From Ginkgo biloba (Eukaryota > Plantae > Ginkgophyta), in the NCBI GenBank assembly GCA_024626585.2, contig JANKJI020000002.1, forward strand, positions 158,884,076 to 158,913,167: 29,092 nt of DNA. Direction: 5' to 3'. A program made the translations under genes and the position numbers. This document shows, one piece after another, positions 1 to 10,386 of the stretch (positions within the stretch are counted from its first letter, which is position 1; each line of letters begins with the position of its first letter). Under the pieces are notes generated by a model, which was given only the letters and a program-made list of their open reading frames with translations, ran no database searches and was not told the DNA's origin.

Positions 1-2
1 AT

Positions 3-392
3 CACAAAGTATATAGACATTCAGATGAAGAATGCCTTAAAGATAAAGGGGTTGAGGCTCGAACACTTGTAATTGAGCAAAAAGAAGAAGTAGCACAAAA
101 TGGCCCACCAGTGGTGATAATCAATAATCGAGACACTCCTAATCCTCGGTTGGTTCAGATGGCTAGGGAATATAAGTCATCAAATAGAGAGGCTTTATTT
201 ACACAAAATTGCCAAATCAAAGACCATATGGACCAATGTATTATTGATAATGACAACATGAAAAAGTTAGTAGAATCACTCCAACTTCCTACAAAACCAC
301 ACATAAGTCCTTATAATATTGGATGGGTAAAGATGGATGGTAATCCAAAAAGAATAGATAAAATATATAGTGTGACTTTTAGAAAGCTTTAG
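3..392 (+). pseudogene. Ty3/gypsy (CRM-like chromovirus) Gag C-terminus / aspartic protease remnant
   Basis: Frame 3 is open from base 3: HKVYRHSDEEC (end of a zinc knuckle) ... REALFTQNCQIKDHMDQCIIDND ... KLVESLQLPTKPHISPYNIGWVK. This matches the CRM-type protease pattern (LF..C.IK...IID.GS..LVE.L.L.T.PHP.PY..GW), with the DSG site degraded. Confidence 0.7.
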
Positions 393-544
393 AGGACTAT
401 TTTGTTCTAGCCTATTTTGGTTAAGATGCCAACAACATTAAAAAATTATATAGAAAATAACATAAATGTAGAAAAACAAATAAGCATAAGAGAAGACAAA
501 AACATTGACAAATAAGTTGGCTAATAAAGACTAAATTTTACTCA

Positions 545-1000
545 AACATTTTGTAGAATAAATAGATCATAGCCTATGAAAACAAGATAGATAGTGTAGT
601 CTTCTATGTTGAATGCCAAAGATGAAAGAAAGTTTGAGGGCATGATTAAGAATTTATGTGGAACATTTAGAGAGAGGCATGTTTGTTTCAAACTTTCAAG
701 CCACTAGATAGGACCTCACACATCTCCACTAGGGGATTTAGCATTCCAAATGAATCTTGGGATAACATAATATTGGGTATGAAGATGGTTATATACTTGA
801 CACTCTACTCATATAAAATAGCTATAAGGATACATTATTCCCATTTGTACAAACCAATCAATATATTCATGTGCATGGTTCTATTCATAAAATGACATGG
901 TGTAGAGGGTATTCAATTTTGTTAAGAAAACACTACAATAATGGACACAACATTATGGATTCCATCAAATATGAGATTAAATGAAGACTTTGAAATAGAT
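545..1000 (+). pseudogene. Degraded RNase H / integrase fragments, probably of the same internally deleted gypsy element
   Basis: KHFVE*IDHSL resembles the RNase H motif F.V.TDH.SL. ACLFQTFKP...IPNESWDNII resembles integrase C..CQ..KP...IP..PWE.ISMD. Many stops and frameshifts are present. Confidence 0.45.
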
Positions 1001-1741
1001 ACTCATTTCTATAGAAAATAAGGACCTTCTGATCTTCTTAGCTAGGAGTTCACATTTCTTTAGAAAATGTGTTCAATTATAAATATAACATTATGCTTTC
1101 ACCAATCCAATCTATATTTTCAACGAGATAGGGCTCAATTTCATAAATGAAGATTTCACTTACGTTCACTTGAAATATCATATATACATACTAACAATAT
1201 ATCATATATACATACTAATAGTTCATACATACTGTTGTGCCTGATAGCACACACACCCCATTCTATGGGTACCCCCTTTCTCTCTTGTTTAATCATAAAG
1301 AAGGCCATCATGATTATATCCCCCTATAACAATTCTGCTCTCATGCCTTTTGAGATACATAATAATTTTTCCAAATATGACCCCTCTATGCTTAATCAGT
1401 GAATTCGGTCTTTTATGCAATAATCTTATGGTTCATGTCAATCCTCCCATTATGGAAGAGATGCACTGGTGTTAATGGTAAAGTATGTAACTCTTAAGAT
1501 ATAATGAAGTCATGTATTTTGTGGAAACCTACTATGTAAATCCTTACATTCTTTAAAAGCATTATAATCATGTATGCATTTCTTTTGCTTAAATGAATGA
1601 TGCCTTTGATGGGTTTTAAATGCTNNNNNNNNNNNNNNNNNNNNNNNNNNNNNNNNNNNNNNNNNNNNNNNNNNNNNNNNNNNNNNNNNNNNNNNNNNNN
1701 NNNNNNNNNNNNNNNNNNNNNNNNACCTTGACAGTTAGCGT

Positions 1742-1759
1742 TCCCTGGTAGCGGCGCCA
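1742..1759 (-). promoter_or_regulatory. Primer-binding site complementary to the tRNA-Asp 3' end (Athila-type)
   Basis: The minus strand reads ...GGTGTCAACA TCTTT TGGCGCCGCTACCAGGGA. This is a 15/18 match to the canonical Athila PBS TGGCGCCGTTGCCGGGGA, 5 nt after a CA LTR end. Confidence 0.8.
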
Positions 1760-1764
1760 AAAGA

Positions 1765-2240
1765 TGTTGACACCAAAAAATACCACCGCACATCCACTAA
1801 CATGTGGTAGCAGAATTTTTACATCAACAACCTCAATGACAATATTTTAAAAGAAATGAGTGTGTCATTGTAGTGGCCGGGGAGCAAACGAGGACAGAAG
1901 AAGGCCTAAAAGGAGGCCGAGAAGATGTTGGAAGATAAGAAATAACATTCGTTAGATAACCAAAAGAGATCAATAGAAAAACAGATGAAGTCATTCATCA
2001 TGGAGTGAATGGATGAAGTTGTTCATCATGGGATGAATGAACAAGGCATTCGCCATGGGATGAATGGACAAGGTGATAGTCACAGGATGAACATATGAAG
2101 GAAATAGAAAAATAGAAGAGAGCATTCACCCTGGAGCGAATGGACAAGGAGACCATTAGATGAATGGGTGAATTAAAATACCATTAGAGAGTCCTTTAGA
2201 CAAATAAATGACTCCTTTAGACAACTGGATGAAGGAAAAT
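1765..2240 (-). mobile_element. 5' LTR (U5 end) of an Athila-like gypsy element; internal region lost in the gap at 1625-1724
   Basis: The terminus TGTTGACACC at 1765 lies next to the PBS, and the segment contains a tandem palindromic array. The distal boundary is not resolved. Confidence 0.55.
1992..2170. repeat. Degenerate ~27-bp tandem units with internal inverted arms (CATTC..GAATG)
   Basis: Units read cattcatcatggagtgaatgg, gttcatcatgggatgaatga, cattcgccatgggatgaatgg and cattcaccctggagcgaatgg. Confidence 0.8.
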
Positions 2241-2849
2241 NNNNNNNNNNNNNNNNTCTTCAAATTTTTAACTTTTAAAGTTACTTTTTAAAGGTTTTAA
2301 CATGAAATGCCTTCGGAGAGGTAAAGATTTAATGAACTTTTAATCTTTTCGAGGGACGAAGGGGTGAAAATCTCTGCCAGAGTAGATGCCAAAGTTTGGG
2401 GTATGTATTTACTTGCCTTCATAGCTTTTAAAAGGTCAAAACGACTCATTAAAAGAAAAAAAATAAGCTTAGCTCCCTNNNNNNNNNNNNNNNNNNNNNN
2501 NNCCTAAGCCCTTTGTGATGATTTTCAAATACCCACATGATTGAGGCCAAGGATAAAAAGTGATAAGGTCAAAAATTAAAATACTTTAAGGTAAAATTCT
2601 TAATTTTTCTAGGGGGTGGTTTCTGTCAGTTTGTTTTATGGCCGCGTGGGCCTGTGCAGTCCGCAGTGGCTTTGTGGGGGTCGTGCGACCTCCCAAAGCC
2701 ACACCGAAGGTCAGGGAGTATACACAATGCCTGGGGAGGGGGCACAACGGCCCAAGTAGGTTGCCCAGGCACTACAAAGGTTCAGAAGAGGCCACAACAA
2801 CTAACAATAACCCCTACAATCGATAGAATAGTCAGCAGCCTCAAAGGGA

Positions 2850-3440
2850 AAAAATAAGAACTCAAGAAGAATCCCCTTACATTTATGAGGTTGAATTAGC
2901 TAATGGGAAGGAGATGCAATCATGGAAGGAGTTTTCTTTGAAGGTTCCCATTAATTCAAGTATATGAAGGCCATCTATATTTTGACATTATGAAGATGGA
3001 TTGATATGGTGCAATTTTGGGGAAAAAGTTGTTGTGGCAATATGACATCTACATCTTACTAAGGGACCATATCTTGCATTTCCACAAGGACAAGATGCTA
3101 AAGTTTAATGATGATTATGACTCAAGGAAAATTTTGTTGGTTTTAGTAGTGTAGATTAAGAGGATTGCTAGGAAATCATATAGCCAAACATTTGGGCAAT
3201 ATGTGAAGGAGGTACCTCAAGAAGTAAAGAAGACCGAGAAGATTCCACATGAGATGACACCATTGTTGGCATAATATGAGGATATCTATACCGATGAACT
3301 TTTGAAGAGGTTGCCCATAGAATGGGAAGTACCAAATTAAGATATAAAAAGGATCCAAACTCACTTACAGGGTTCCATATCATTTGATCCATGCGAAGCA
3401 AGAAGAGGTGGAGAAATAGATTCAAGAATTGTTGGATCAA
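2850..3440 (+). pseudogene. Ty3/gypsy (chromovirus-like) protease C-terminal half and N-terminus of reverse transcriptase
   Basis: The protease part reads SPYIYEVELANG...FDIMKMD*YGAILGKKLLWQY. It is followed by LLA*YEDIYTDELLKRLP...KGSKLTYRVPYHLIHAKQEEVEK*IQELLDQ, the classic gypsy RT lead-in. The remnant is cut by the gap at 3441. Confidence 0.8.
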
Positions 3441-3540
3441 NNNNNNNNNNNNNNNNNNNNNNNNNNNNNNNNNNNNNNNNNNNNNNNNNNNNNNNNNNNN
3501 NNNNNNNNNNNNNNNNNNNNNNNNNNNNNNNNNNNNNNNN

Positions 3541-3626
3541 AGCTGCCTTACATTCTCTAGCATTTTCTATTAAAGATGCAGGTTTAATGAATTTTTTTTG
3601 TAGGTGTAGGAGAGTGGGATGTTATA
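3541..3626. mobile_element. LTR terminus fragment (Tekay/Del-like ...GGGATGTTA[C>T]A)
   Basis: Ends in gtgggatgttata and is homologous to 17485-17566 (shared cttacat..tgcagg..taggt.tag..gtgggatgttatagaaa). Confidence 0.45.
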
Positions 3627-4068
3627 GAAAGAAAAATATCTCACAGGGTTGAGAGGCCCTCAAGCCTAGGCTGAACTCAAAACTTCAAAAAAAATTCAAT
3701 GGAGAAAATCTAAAGGAGAAGAAAAAGAGAGCCAAGAACCATTGAAATTTACATTATATAATTTTTTCTCAATAGTAGTTTTAGAATTAGTTACAATGAA
3801 GTAATTGGTTTCCATCTGACCATTGGTTTTATCCATAACTGTCAAATGGTTCATTTCATCTTCCTTAATTAAACTTGCTAACATGGTGGTGTTTGTTGAC
3901 TTGGAGATGAGTTGGAGAAACAATAGCTCCTCCATTTAGTCACTTCCATTAGCCTTTTAGAATAAATCTTAGTTTATAAAGTGATTAGTTAGCCTCAATA
4001 GGGTGTGAGAGAAGTTGGGCTTATAAAATATGGCTAGAAACATTTAATTAAATAATGTGTCCCACCTT

Positions 4069-4292
4069 AAAAGTTTCCCTCAAGGTTGACTAAGGGAAAA
4101 GTTACCCTCAGAATTGAATATGGGTAACTTTATTATAAAAATTGATTTATAAAATATAAAATAATTAGTTACCCTCAAGAGGGCATGAGGGTAACTTGAG
4201 GAGGCAATTTGATAGTGGGTCTTGCCTCATAAAGTTACCCTTGAGGTTGAATGAGGGAGAAGTTACCCTCAACGTGGATTTAGGGAAAAGTC
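4069..4292. repeat. Cluster of AAGTTACCCTCA / TGAGGGTAACTT inverted-repeat units
   Basis: Forward arms start at ~4071, 4099, 4167, 4232 and 4260; clear reverse arms lie at ~4122 and 4186. The block 4069-4110 is also repeated at 4231-4271. Confidence 0.85.
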
Positions 4293-6149
4293 ACAATCAA
4301 AGTTAATTGAATGTAAGTTTTCATCACTTGTCATCAACTTTCACTTGTCGTCAATTCTTAGGTTACGAGATGGATTTTTTTCCATCTTTCATAGGCCAAC
4401 TACTAGAGGGCATAACAAGTTATCATTGTGAATCTCTTGATGTTTACTTTTAAAAAAAAAAAAAATCCTTCTCTAAAAATGCACAAATTTGTATGAAATT
4501 TTATTGCAACTAGACTCCTATTTTATGAAGGTGGCATGTTGTATTCACTCTTTTCGAGTCATAACTATCTACAAATCATACCTCCCTCTTCTGGTAGATG
4601 ATGGCCTCCATCATATTTCCTTATACTAAATGAAATATCCTCCAAGCACAAGTTCTTATGCTTACAACTATGAATTTCAATCAACTCTTAAACTAAGGTA
4701 AAATAGAGAGCCCATAATGTGTACATACATGATCTGTCTTTAATGAAAATCACCATTCTATTGACTAAAAATCAATTTTTTTAAGAAGAAGAAACAAAAT
4801 ACTTACATTCTACCAACCCATCTATGGGATAATTGCTACACTTCCTCAATGGGTTTGACATTATCAAACTTGTACTTTTGTCCATTCTCCTTCTTCCTCA
4901 TCACTTGGTAGCATTATTTGTCAACTTCTTGGATAGCCTACAATCTACATTCATTTCTTTGGAATTTCTTTAAAGATAAAATTCATCTTTATCATGNNNN
5001 NNNNNNNNNNNNNNNNNNNNNNNNNNNNNNNNNNNNNNNNNNNNNNNNNNNNNNNNNNNNNNNNNNNNNNNNNNNNNNNNNNNNNNNNNNNNNNNNAAGA
5101 TAAAATTCATCCTTATCATGGACCTTGTCTTATAGTTTATTATCTTTGTTATTTTTCATGATTGAAACCTTTCATGGTTCTTTGGACAAACCAAATTTCC
5201 ACTCCATATCTTTGGAGAACATTTCACTGTGATGTCACTTGCAATCCCTTGCTTATCACTCCTCTATATTTACTACTTCTACCAACAATATTACACCTAT
5301 GCAATTATGGAAAAATTCCACTCTCTTCCAATAAATCTTTTCCCTAAATTGTTGTTGGTTACTGCCACCACAACAAGCATGTTTCCATCTTGTCCGTCAC
5401 CCTTATTATTGGATTTACTAGATGCTCTACTTGCCGCAATTTTTAGCAAGATGACATTGCACTTGGACCACCATAATCCTTTAGTAGATATGCTTAACAA
5501 TCAACCAAATGAATAAATAAAATCTGATTTCATATTTGTCTATCTTAATGATACTGAAATTGTAGATGTCATCTCACCAACAATCAATATCCATTATATT
5601 CTCTTCTATAGATGATTTATTCTTGCTACCTTTCATTAGCGAAGAATGTTTATAAATCTTCCTCATAGGTCTTAGATACCTCAAACAAAATTTCTTGTTT
5701 TTCCAAACAACATGGGTCAACCCCACTACCACAATAGGACTCGTCGATACTAATCTCTTGGCCTCTTTCCAATGAGGCTCATCCCTTCCTACGTGAATAG
5801 ATTATGGAAAGTAAAAATAATGCACAACAAAAATATATATACAAAGAAGGCCAACTCAATACGTCCTCCACTACAAGAAATTGCTAGGTTATCATACTTG
5901 TAATTTAAGAGCTAATGCAACATCTATTGTATGGGTGTGCTTGAATTTACTTCCAAGCACATCGATTGCNNNNNNNNNNNNNNATGTATCCTTATCCAAC
6001 TCTTTATGGTCACACCACCATCTTATGAGGTCACCTAAGTAACCATCTACAATTCTTTCCCCATATCTATGGTGTCATGGGTACTAGGATGTAGAAATCC
6101 TTTGAATGTGATTGTACCTCCTCCTTAGGCCATCCTTCCTAGTTCTTTC

Positions 6150-6458
6150 CTCCGTAGTGGAGTATTACCTCTTAATATGGTTCTAATACAGTTCCACCTA
6201 TTCCTTTGAAGGTTAACCCTTTGGGCCAAATCATTATCAAACCCCTAGCTTACTTAGTCTACTTGATGGAGTTGATCCAATTTTTGGATATGTTTTCTTC
6301 CCTTGTCATCTCTCCACTTTATCTCTATAAGAGATAAGCATTTTCCCTTGTTTCATCCTTAAAAACAATGTCCAAACCACCCTCAAATTGTCTTCTTATT
6401 CCATTGGGAACTCAACATCATCCCTTCCTCATAAATACTCTTCTCCTCCTTCATTTGA
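6150..6458 (-). pseudogene. Possible retrotransposon Gag remnant
   Basis: The minus strand reads LFLRMKQGKMLISYRDKVER, which resembles the gag major-homology-like motif (L.Q...ES...Y..RF). The rest is very degraded. Confidence 0.3.
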
Positions 6459-8996
6459 NNNNNNNNNNNNNNNNNNNNNNNNNNNNNNNNNNNNATTGTT
6501 CATTCCCTCTATGGAATTTTACTTCATGGGCAAGTGAAATAATTATTCCATCATGCTTCTTTTTTAATTTAGCTGCAACCTTTAATGGATTTATGTACCG
6601 ATGTTGTACCATATTGACACTAATGGCTAGTTAGGCCAATTTTCCACAACATCAACTTCTCTTGGAATGTGAAGGGTCAATCCACACCTTCGAGCCCATA
6701 AAACTATTTTTAAATCTAGAAGAATTTAATAAAATAAATTTGAAAGTGAAATTTATCTTTATTGGGCTAATTTATCCTTTATATTAATATCATTAAATTC
6801 ATCCCTATATAAGTGTATTAAGAGTTCCTCCATTATGTAGAGATCACCAACATCATATTTTATAGCTATACTATGTTTCTAGTCCCAACTTCATGAGGAC
6901 TAAGAAGCAAGATCATTGGTTCAAACTTTTGATCATACACTACTAAAATTTCTTGTCATCTTCACAAATGATGAGTTCAAGTCCCTTATAGGACATTCTC
7001 TATGTTGTATTTTTTTTAAATGTGCAAATTATAGAATTAACATCCAACTAATACCCTTCATAATCACTTTTTCACTATCTCGTTTTCTTGGGATTTAGTC
7101 CTGTTGTGTTTTCATGATTTTTTATCATGTTTGATAATCATACTGCCAAATTGCACTTCAAGCATATTAAAGACTCTTTTACCCTTCATGGGTTTTGAAC
7201 AAGTGAAGTTACCTTAGAACTTGCTTCTCTTTTATCCTTAAGGTTGCAAGTTCCTTTAACAACAATATATGCTCTATATTTTCTAGTGTTGTAGACTTGC
7301 TGTAGTGTCTTTTATATAATTTCTCTCATAGCATTTCAAACCAAAATCATTAATCCTATTATATAATCTAGAACCCATTTGGTCTATAGAAAAAGCGAAT
7401 TTAAAATGGAGAATATAAGCACCTTTGTGAGTGAAAATTATATGAAAAGACTATAAACTTATGCAAAAATTTATTATCAAGCCGTGTACGATGGCATACG
7501 CTTTTAGGCTTATTTTTCTAAGTTTTGGTCTTCTATGTAGAGCACCATGTCTTCACTCCCTTTACAATATTTTTTATCCACATTAACATAGTATTACATT
7601 TTTTCACACTCCAAAAGCATGCACTTACAAGGTATTATTTACAACTATGCCCACTTCCACGGTACTTAGAATTTTCTAGATAGATCTCAGTTTTTGTACC
7701 ATACAAGTGAACAGTAAGATTTAATCCAGTGTTCAAAAAATTATAGAGTTAACTACCCCCTTATTTTAATTCTAAATGGATTTTGCAACACATTTGAAGT
7801 TCATTCTTTCATCCTCTTATGGATCAGGTACATCATCCACTTTGAAAAGGAAAAGTAAGAGGAATATTCCTTAAGCACTATACATCAATATTTCATTAAA
7901 TTTCTTCAATATTTTTTATTAATTGATCACTATATATTGTTGATTTTATTTCAATATTTCATTACTCACTTTATTTTATAATAATTATTATATAACTAAG
8001 GCCATGTGATGCACTTAATTAATAATTATTAATCATGTGAGTAAATAGACTAAGTCTAGTATTAGAAATAGATAACTTTAATATTATCTATTTTATGAGT
8101 GGAAATAAAGGGGTATGTCACTTTTCCACCATTGGTTTTAGTTTTATTGTTAAAATTATTATTCTAGGTATATTATTGGCTTATGGGTTAAACATATATT
8201 AGTGATTTTCATAAATATCCTTGTAAATTTTTTACGGTTTTAGTTGTTGTTGCATAAAGTAATACAATTCTTTTTTGCAAGTATACATAGCTTTAAGAGA
8301 GAAGTTGAGAACTTTCATTTTTCTTTCTTCATCAAATATGCATAATCTTCCATAGATTGTTGGCATACTTGAGTGGTCCTTGTGGTATTCTTGATAGTGA
8401 TCTTCTATCAAGATTACATACATGTGACAAAGATTCTTCAAACATGAAAATTCGTGCACTAATTACATATGTGTGGATGAAGGATTCGATAATAACAATT
8501 TTCCTTCATGTCTTTAAATTATGCATTCAAGAAAAGTTGGTGGCAACACTAAAAAAAAGTACGATGCAATTAGGAAAAATAACGATGCATAGAGGGAAAG
8601 GCACAATGCGGAGTAAATTTAGTAGTGTAGGAGGCTGAGAGAAAATTTATTCTACTTGTAGTCCAATCATATTTTGAGGTTTGTGCCTAAAACACATCAG
8701 AGAGATGGATTAGCTTTATATTATACATATGCTTGTCTTATTCATAGTAGATCTATATATTTGAGTGACCCTTGGACATTCCACTCTTCTGTTACTCAAT
8801 TACTACAACTTCTCTTTAACAATTGTCACCTCTAGCGTCACTCAAAAAGGACTTGGGATGATGAGTCTAAAAGAGGATTTCTTAGATTGGTGAAAGATTT
8901 GACATTAGATATACCCTCTCTATTAAATATGGAAAACCTAATATAGAATCTAAACAACTAGGATCCATATATAATACAAATAACATCATCAAATAG

Positions 8997-9360
8997 AAGG
9001 TCATCGATCCTTTAGTCCAAGTAATTGTGCAAGGCATAGAGAAAAAAATATTATAGTTGATTTTAGATCTGAAGTTAATGTTATATCCTTATATATGTGG
9101 AAGGAGGTTGGATGCCCATAGATGATGCATTCCAAGATAATAATCATAATGGTTTACTAATATCAAATGACTCTAAAATAAAAATTTATTAAGAATAAGG
9201 TATCTTATGGAAGTTTAGAAGTTCAACAAGACTTAGAAGTGATTTCCTTATTAAGTAAGGGTAACTTCCATAGAATTACTTTGGGGAGATCCTTGATCAA
9301 AGAAATTAAAGGGACAATAGGTTTAGAGAAGGAAAAAATGAAGTTTAAGGAAGAACTTGG
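8997..9360 (+). pseudogene. Athila/Tat-type retropepsin remnant
   Basis: Reads KVIDPLVQVIVQGIE/NIIVDFRSEVNVISLYMWKEVGCP...QQDLEVISL...ITLGRSLIKEIKGTIGLEKEKMKF. The degraded VDxGSxVNV active site has its Asp codon at 9059, and the LGRxW motif is partly retained. Confidence 0.75.
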
Positions 9361-9814
9361 CTATATGTTCATATGAATATAAATAAATAAACTTTGGGCA
9401 TCATCGAGGATAAGGAGCATTTTTCTAAAGAGGTGTTGAAAGAAGATGAAATTAAAAATTTTAAAGGCATTGGGAACATGTACAGTTATGATAAGGAGAA
9501 ATATGATCTTGATGAGGATGTAGTATAATTATTTGATAGATTTGAATCATAAATTTATTACTTTAATGATTTAGTTAGATAAGGGAAATAAGAAATGTAT
9601 GAGATACATTAATTTGATAATTATCAAATTTTAACATAAGAAGAAAATGAAAAAATAAGTTATAAATTAAAGGACTTGTGATGAAAATGAAAATGTAAGA
9701 AGGCATATGAAATGGNNNNNNNNNNNNNNNNNNNNNNNNNNNNNNNNNNNNNNNNNNNNNNNNNNNNNNNNNNNNNNNNNNNNNNNNNNNNNNNNNNNNN
9801 NNNNNNNNNNNNNN

Positions 9815-9940
9815 NCATTTTCTTAAAAAATTGGGGTTTTGTTCCACCCAAAATCACACAGGATAAGAAAGGAAGCAAATCAAGCACATTTTCCTTAAAA
9901 ATCAGGGGGGTTTCTGCCCAGAATTGTGTAGGATAAAAAC
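9815..9940. repeat. Degenerate direct repeat, period 72 bp
   Basis: cattttcttaaaaaattggggttttgttccacccaaaatcacacaggataa at 9815 aligns with cattttccttaaaaatcagggggggtttctgcccagaattgtgtaggataa at 9887. Confidence 0.6.
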
Positions 9941-10386
9941 AACACCAAATTGGGGGATCTTAGCCGCGGATTCCTCAACGGTTTTCACAAATTCATAGTG
10001 CTAAACCACTAAACTCAAAAATCAAACCAAACCCTAATTTTTGCCTCCCAAATTCGAGTTCTTCTACATATTTTTTTACCTCCAATACCTTAATTCAGGT
10101 GTCACATTCCAAATTTCTCCTTTTTGTCTCTTTTAAGCTGCACTTTATTTTTTTTATTAAAAAAAACCAAACAAGCAAAAAAAATACACATCATTTTTTA
10201 GATACTGTTGTTTCAACTTTGTGGCTACTTTTGTTGTACTAGGGCATAGAGTCATGAGCCCCATCAAGGTAGGCCTACCCCTTTTTTTTTCATTTTTCCC
10301 TTCATAGCCTCCGAGTTTTTTTGGTCTTTTTATAAGGGCATATATTCATAATCTCTAGCAAGGAAGGTATACCCATTTCACACATA

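Noticed and set aside
1174-1232. Short duplication of atatcatatatacatactaa
   Set aside because: It is an ordinary slippage duplication in AT-rich DNA.
1742-1759. tRNA gene
   Set aside because: Only the 3' 18 nt including CCA match and there is no cloverleaf; it is explained as a PBS.
4500-5930. Minus-strand gag-protease remnant
   Set aside because: Only faint hints are present (DVALALKL, HWKEAKRL, ELVLG), too degraded to support a call.
8357-8638. 93-aa ORF as a transposase or host gene
   Set aside because: It has no recognisable motif, a non-ATG start, and a length compatible with chance.
9903-9920. PPT plus LTR start (AGGGGGGG-tttc-TG)
   Set aside because: It lies within the second copy of a 72-bp direct repeat and has no upstream integrase.
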